Source: Paragordius varius
Lineage: Eukaryota; Animalia; Nematomorpha
Direction of reading: 5' to 3'
Length of the DNA stretch: 64,000 bases
Assembly (NCBI GenBank): GCA_964247055.1
Contig: OZ176052.1
Span: 8,680,001-8,744,000 of the forward strand
Shown here: piece by piece, positions 60,537 through 64,000 of the stretch
Layout: each line of letters starts with the position of its first letter
How positions within the stretch are numbered: position 1 is the stretch's first letter
Position numbers and translations under genes: made by a program
Notes under the pieces: generated by a model
Seen by the model: the letters and a program-made list of their open reading frames with translations, nothing else
Database searches by the model: none
What the model was told of the DNA's origin: nothing

Positions 60537-63500
60537 CTAAAGTAGTATATCATCTAATCCTTGCAGCATAAATTTCCCCACAACTCCAATCACCAATGTT
60601 ACAGTAATGATATAATGTGGAAAGGAAAAGCGAATTTGGGTTGAACCGCCACTGATATAACTTGTGTAAGGTTGGCTACTGCTTTGTTCAATATCGTTTG
60701 ATACGTCATCGATTTGGTGTTTATGGGCATACAAACCTTTTGTGCAAAAAAAGAGAATACATTTTTTTCTAAAATCCCTTGGAAGGAAAATGTAATAATA
60801 ATGGATTAACAAAATATAAATTTTGGATAATGCCAAAATAGTGGTAAATTATATAAATTTATAAACAAAGATCACTGATTTTTTGTTAAAACTAGGGATT
60901 TAAACCAGAAGCGTTTTAGTAACGGAACAATTTGGAACCACAATGATTTTCTATTTTTCTAAAATTTTGATCATTTATTTTTTCAAAGGAGAGCATGCAT
61001 TAAATTTTTATAGTTAATCTCATAATATGTTTGCTGACTTTAATCCATATTGCATTAATATAATAGGTTATCCGTAAATTGAAATGAAACCAAATCACAA
61101 TCATTGGATCAAAAAAAACAATGTAAATTTTTTTGCGCAAAGAATATACTAAAAAATTCTTTAAAACCGGAATTTCGGATCCAACCTTTGGTTAAAACCT
61201 TGATCAACAATATTTCGATTTCAGTCATATTTAAACCAATTTATATTTTATGAAAAGCAAAATATATTAAGCATTTTAATAAATTGTATCGTGGGTTTTC
61301 TTCGTTTCTAAACGCAAACTTACAAAAATACTTTATAAGGGATTATTTGCCACAATTTTTACAATAGCATATCTTAGATTAATTCCAAAATAAACATCTT
61401 TTCCGAATACCATTACCTTAGTAAATTTTAAAATTAAAATTTCGATTCTCGTTATATTTTATGGGAACCATATTAATTTTTAATAATGAAGCAAGATATA
61501 AGTTGCAATCTTACCAATATGATCTTTAATATTGTTGTCGTATTTGGTGGCTTCATCATTTCTTGTCATTGTTGTAGTTTGTGGCGGTATTGTCGATTTA
61601 TAAATGACTATTTGAAATTAATATATGAAAAGGATTTAAAATAATATATTAGACATAATGAAAATATAAATATTTAGTTTTATTTTTTTAAAAAAAATTA
61701 TGATTTAATTTCATTTTTCGTAATTTTAGTTATACAGCTCTATATTGATGTATCAATTAAGTATATTTTCGCCATTCTTAATTTTGGTAAAGTTGATATT
61801 AGCATATCTTAAATCCTTTTTTGATTTAAAAGTTATATTACGCGTTAAATTTGGAATTTCGTGAGCCTTATTAGACATTTTGTTAAAAAATAATTTACAA
61901 GTATACAGTTATCAATAATATCATTTACTTCAAAAATCAGCCAACATATTTAGCATTGGTATAAAAATGTGTAAACAATTAACGAAGAGTAAAATGTAAG
62001 GATAACTAATAACAACCTCTAATCCTAAAATTTTTTCTATCCTTCCCATAATCATTTTTACCGACACATCTATAAATCCCAGAAAGTTGTGGATGTCCCT
62101 TGGGTATGTGCAAAACTGTCTCCATGACATCCGGTGATAAATGACGGTTATATATCATTCTAGATTCAAATTTTTTTATTTTAATTTGGTAAATATATAT
62201 ATATATAGGTATATAATTTTCCTTATGGTTTTAAAAATAAAATTTAGTTTGTTAATTAACAAATTATATATACATATCACGTTGGAAATCGACTCTTTAA
62301 ATTAAACTTATGACTTTAATACTTTGTAAATTTGACTAATTAAATATATTTAAAGTAAACACTCTTACATAAAATTAAAAATACTATATAAATGATTTTT
62401 TAATAAGAAAATATTTAGAAAAATATAAAATTAATAAATGTTGATAGACTTACATGTGTATATTGTTAGTAATTTTGACCCTATCTTTGAGCCAAATTGT
62501 GTTTGGAGAAGGGTAGCCCTTAAACAAACAGCTAATGTTAATAGAATCACCTGTGTAGGAGATATCATCGTTGATAAGGCCCAAAGTATGAGCTTTGTTT
62601 GATGGCTCAATATCCACAATTTTCGGTGGATCTATAAATTATCATTAGTAAAAGTACTTCTAGTATTTTAATAAAATAAATTATTGGTGACATTTTTTAT
62701 TTTTACCTGAAATCGACGCGGTATATATTTAAAAAAACAATTTCAAAGATCTTTCTTGGACAAGTAAGCAGTACCATAAAAAATAAGGGTATTATTTATT
62801 TTTAGAGTTTTTATTTTTATAAAATGTAGTAGACAGGTTAGGGTTTGGGATTATACAAATAAAAAGTAAATGGACTGATTTTTTTGTTAATTTAAAAATT
62901 AACCGTTGTGATCAATTAATTTAAACTTATAATATTACTATATCTTAACACTCAACCTATGTGATATGATTTAATTTGTATCGCATGATAAGCTTATGTC
63001 TAATTTTTTAGAGCTTCAAAGCTACGGTCCAACCAGGACAGACCTAGCCCACTCTAGCACATTATAAAACAAAAAAATTTGATTTTTGAATTTTTTATTC
63101 TTTTTCATGTTTGTTACTGTAGTAAAAAACACAATTTTAATTATTTTAATCAATTTATTCAAAAAATAGTGATTCTAGTTAAATACCAAATAAACAGATT
63201 GAAAAACTCGTCCAATAATGATCACAGTTAAAAATATTTTAAAAAAAAATATTTTTCACTGTAAAAATGGTAAACCTCATATAATTTATATTAATAATTT
63301 TACATTTTATGTTAACTTGAATTTGACGGCTTACACTTGGTTGAATTCCATTTTCTGCCAAACAGACATAAATTCCAGCATCATGGCTACTAACATTGTT
63401 TAAAATAAGTTCTGTCCCTTGCTTGTTTAGGAGAACTATATAAATTATATATTATAAAATCATTGTGGGAAAACTGAAAATAATTTAATTTGGATTATAT

Positions 63501-63785
63501 ATATAAATTTGATTTTATATAGCGAGTTTTATTTTATTTTCTAATTTTTTTGGGAAAAGCTTTTTATAGATTACAGATAGTACAAATTGTAATTACTGAA
63601 ACTCCTTTCTAGCAATGTTTTAGGAAAAGTTTTATTGTCATACACTTTGATGGGCGTATCGACGAATCGGGCCCAACTTATGTTGGGAACAGGATTACCA
63701 TGGCTTAAGCATCGTAAAACCACATTTTGGCCAGTCAAACTTTGAATATCTTGAGATGTTTCGTCATTTATAATCTTAGGTGAAT
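60537..63785 (-). CDS. Lachesin/DIP/IgLON-type Ig-superfamily adhesion protein, 3' part (Ig2, Ig3, hydrophobic C-terminus); 5' end lies beyond the window
   Basis: Exons (minus): 63785-63597, 63435-63304, 62631-62454, 62159-62017, 61607-61515, 60736-60537. Ig motifs: GQNVVLRCLSHGNPVPNISW...DAGIYVCLAENGIQPSVSRQIQVNIKYPPKI and GDSINISCLFKGYPSPNTIWLKD...SGIYRCVGKNDYG. The C-terminus HYIITVTLVIGVVGKFMLQGLDDILL* is compatible with a GPI signal or a short TM segment. Confidence 0.8.
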
Positions 63786-64000
63786 CTAAAAATATATCAG
63801 TTTAAGTAAGTTGATTTTGGCAAATATTTGAGCAAAAAAATAATTAGACTTAATGACTAAGCAGTTTCATTTTAGATCAAGGGTTGTAGAAAGAAAAAGA
63901 GTATTTTTGTTTGCAATACAGCAGCTTTTTTCTCTTCTATAGATATAGCCGCTTAATATAAGTGAATATATTTTTCGAAAAACTTGATTGTCAAACCAAT

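Noticed and set aside
63010-63025. AGAGCTTCAAAGCT as a mitochondrial tRNA-Trp anticodon arm (NUMT)
   Set aside because: The stem does not pair around a 7-nt loop, and no acceptor, D or T arms are present.
63870-63945. Possible further IgLON exon (EEKKAAVLQTK...) near the window end
   Set aside because: No phase-1 GT donor was found that joins it to exon 63785, and the upstream context is outside the window.

Overview
This is a very AT-rich genomic window from a bilaterian invertebrate. It has spliceosomal introns and carries wntless, a PDF-type receptor and an IgLON-type gene. I reconstructed five protein-coding genes by hand. (1) A 24-exon gene of about 3040 aa with no recognisable family: low-complexity, His/Pro/Ser-rich, with repeated dehydrin-like amphipathic segments and a C-terminal tail anchor (4179-23663, +). 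(2) A class B GPCR of the PDF-receptor type (36632-53721, +). (3) wntless (54232-59376, -). (4) A minimal Eco1/ESCO cohesin acetyltransferase (59467-60276, +). (5) The 3' part of a lachesin/DIP/IgLON-type Ig protein (60537 to beyond the window end, -). The spaces between genes hold fossil mariner elements, hAT and piggyBac-like MITEs, a nested transposon stack with readable target-site duplications, a foldback element and tandem arrays. The strongest finding is that all five introns of the ESCO gene are only 23-31 nt long, while no reconstructed intron in the other four genes is shorter than 66 nt. That gene sits 90 bp head-to-head with wntless, behind an E2F/CHR-like motif. The second strongest is that the last PDFR exon is open in two frames for about 260 codons, and a 41-nt cassette exon selects between them. 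All gene models come from sequence inspection only, with no transcript evidence or database searches.
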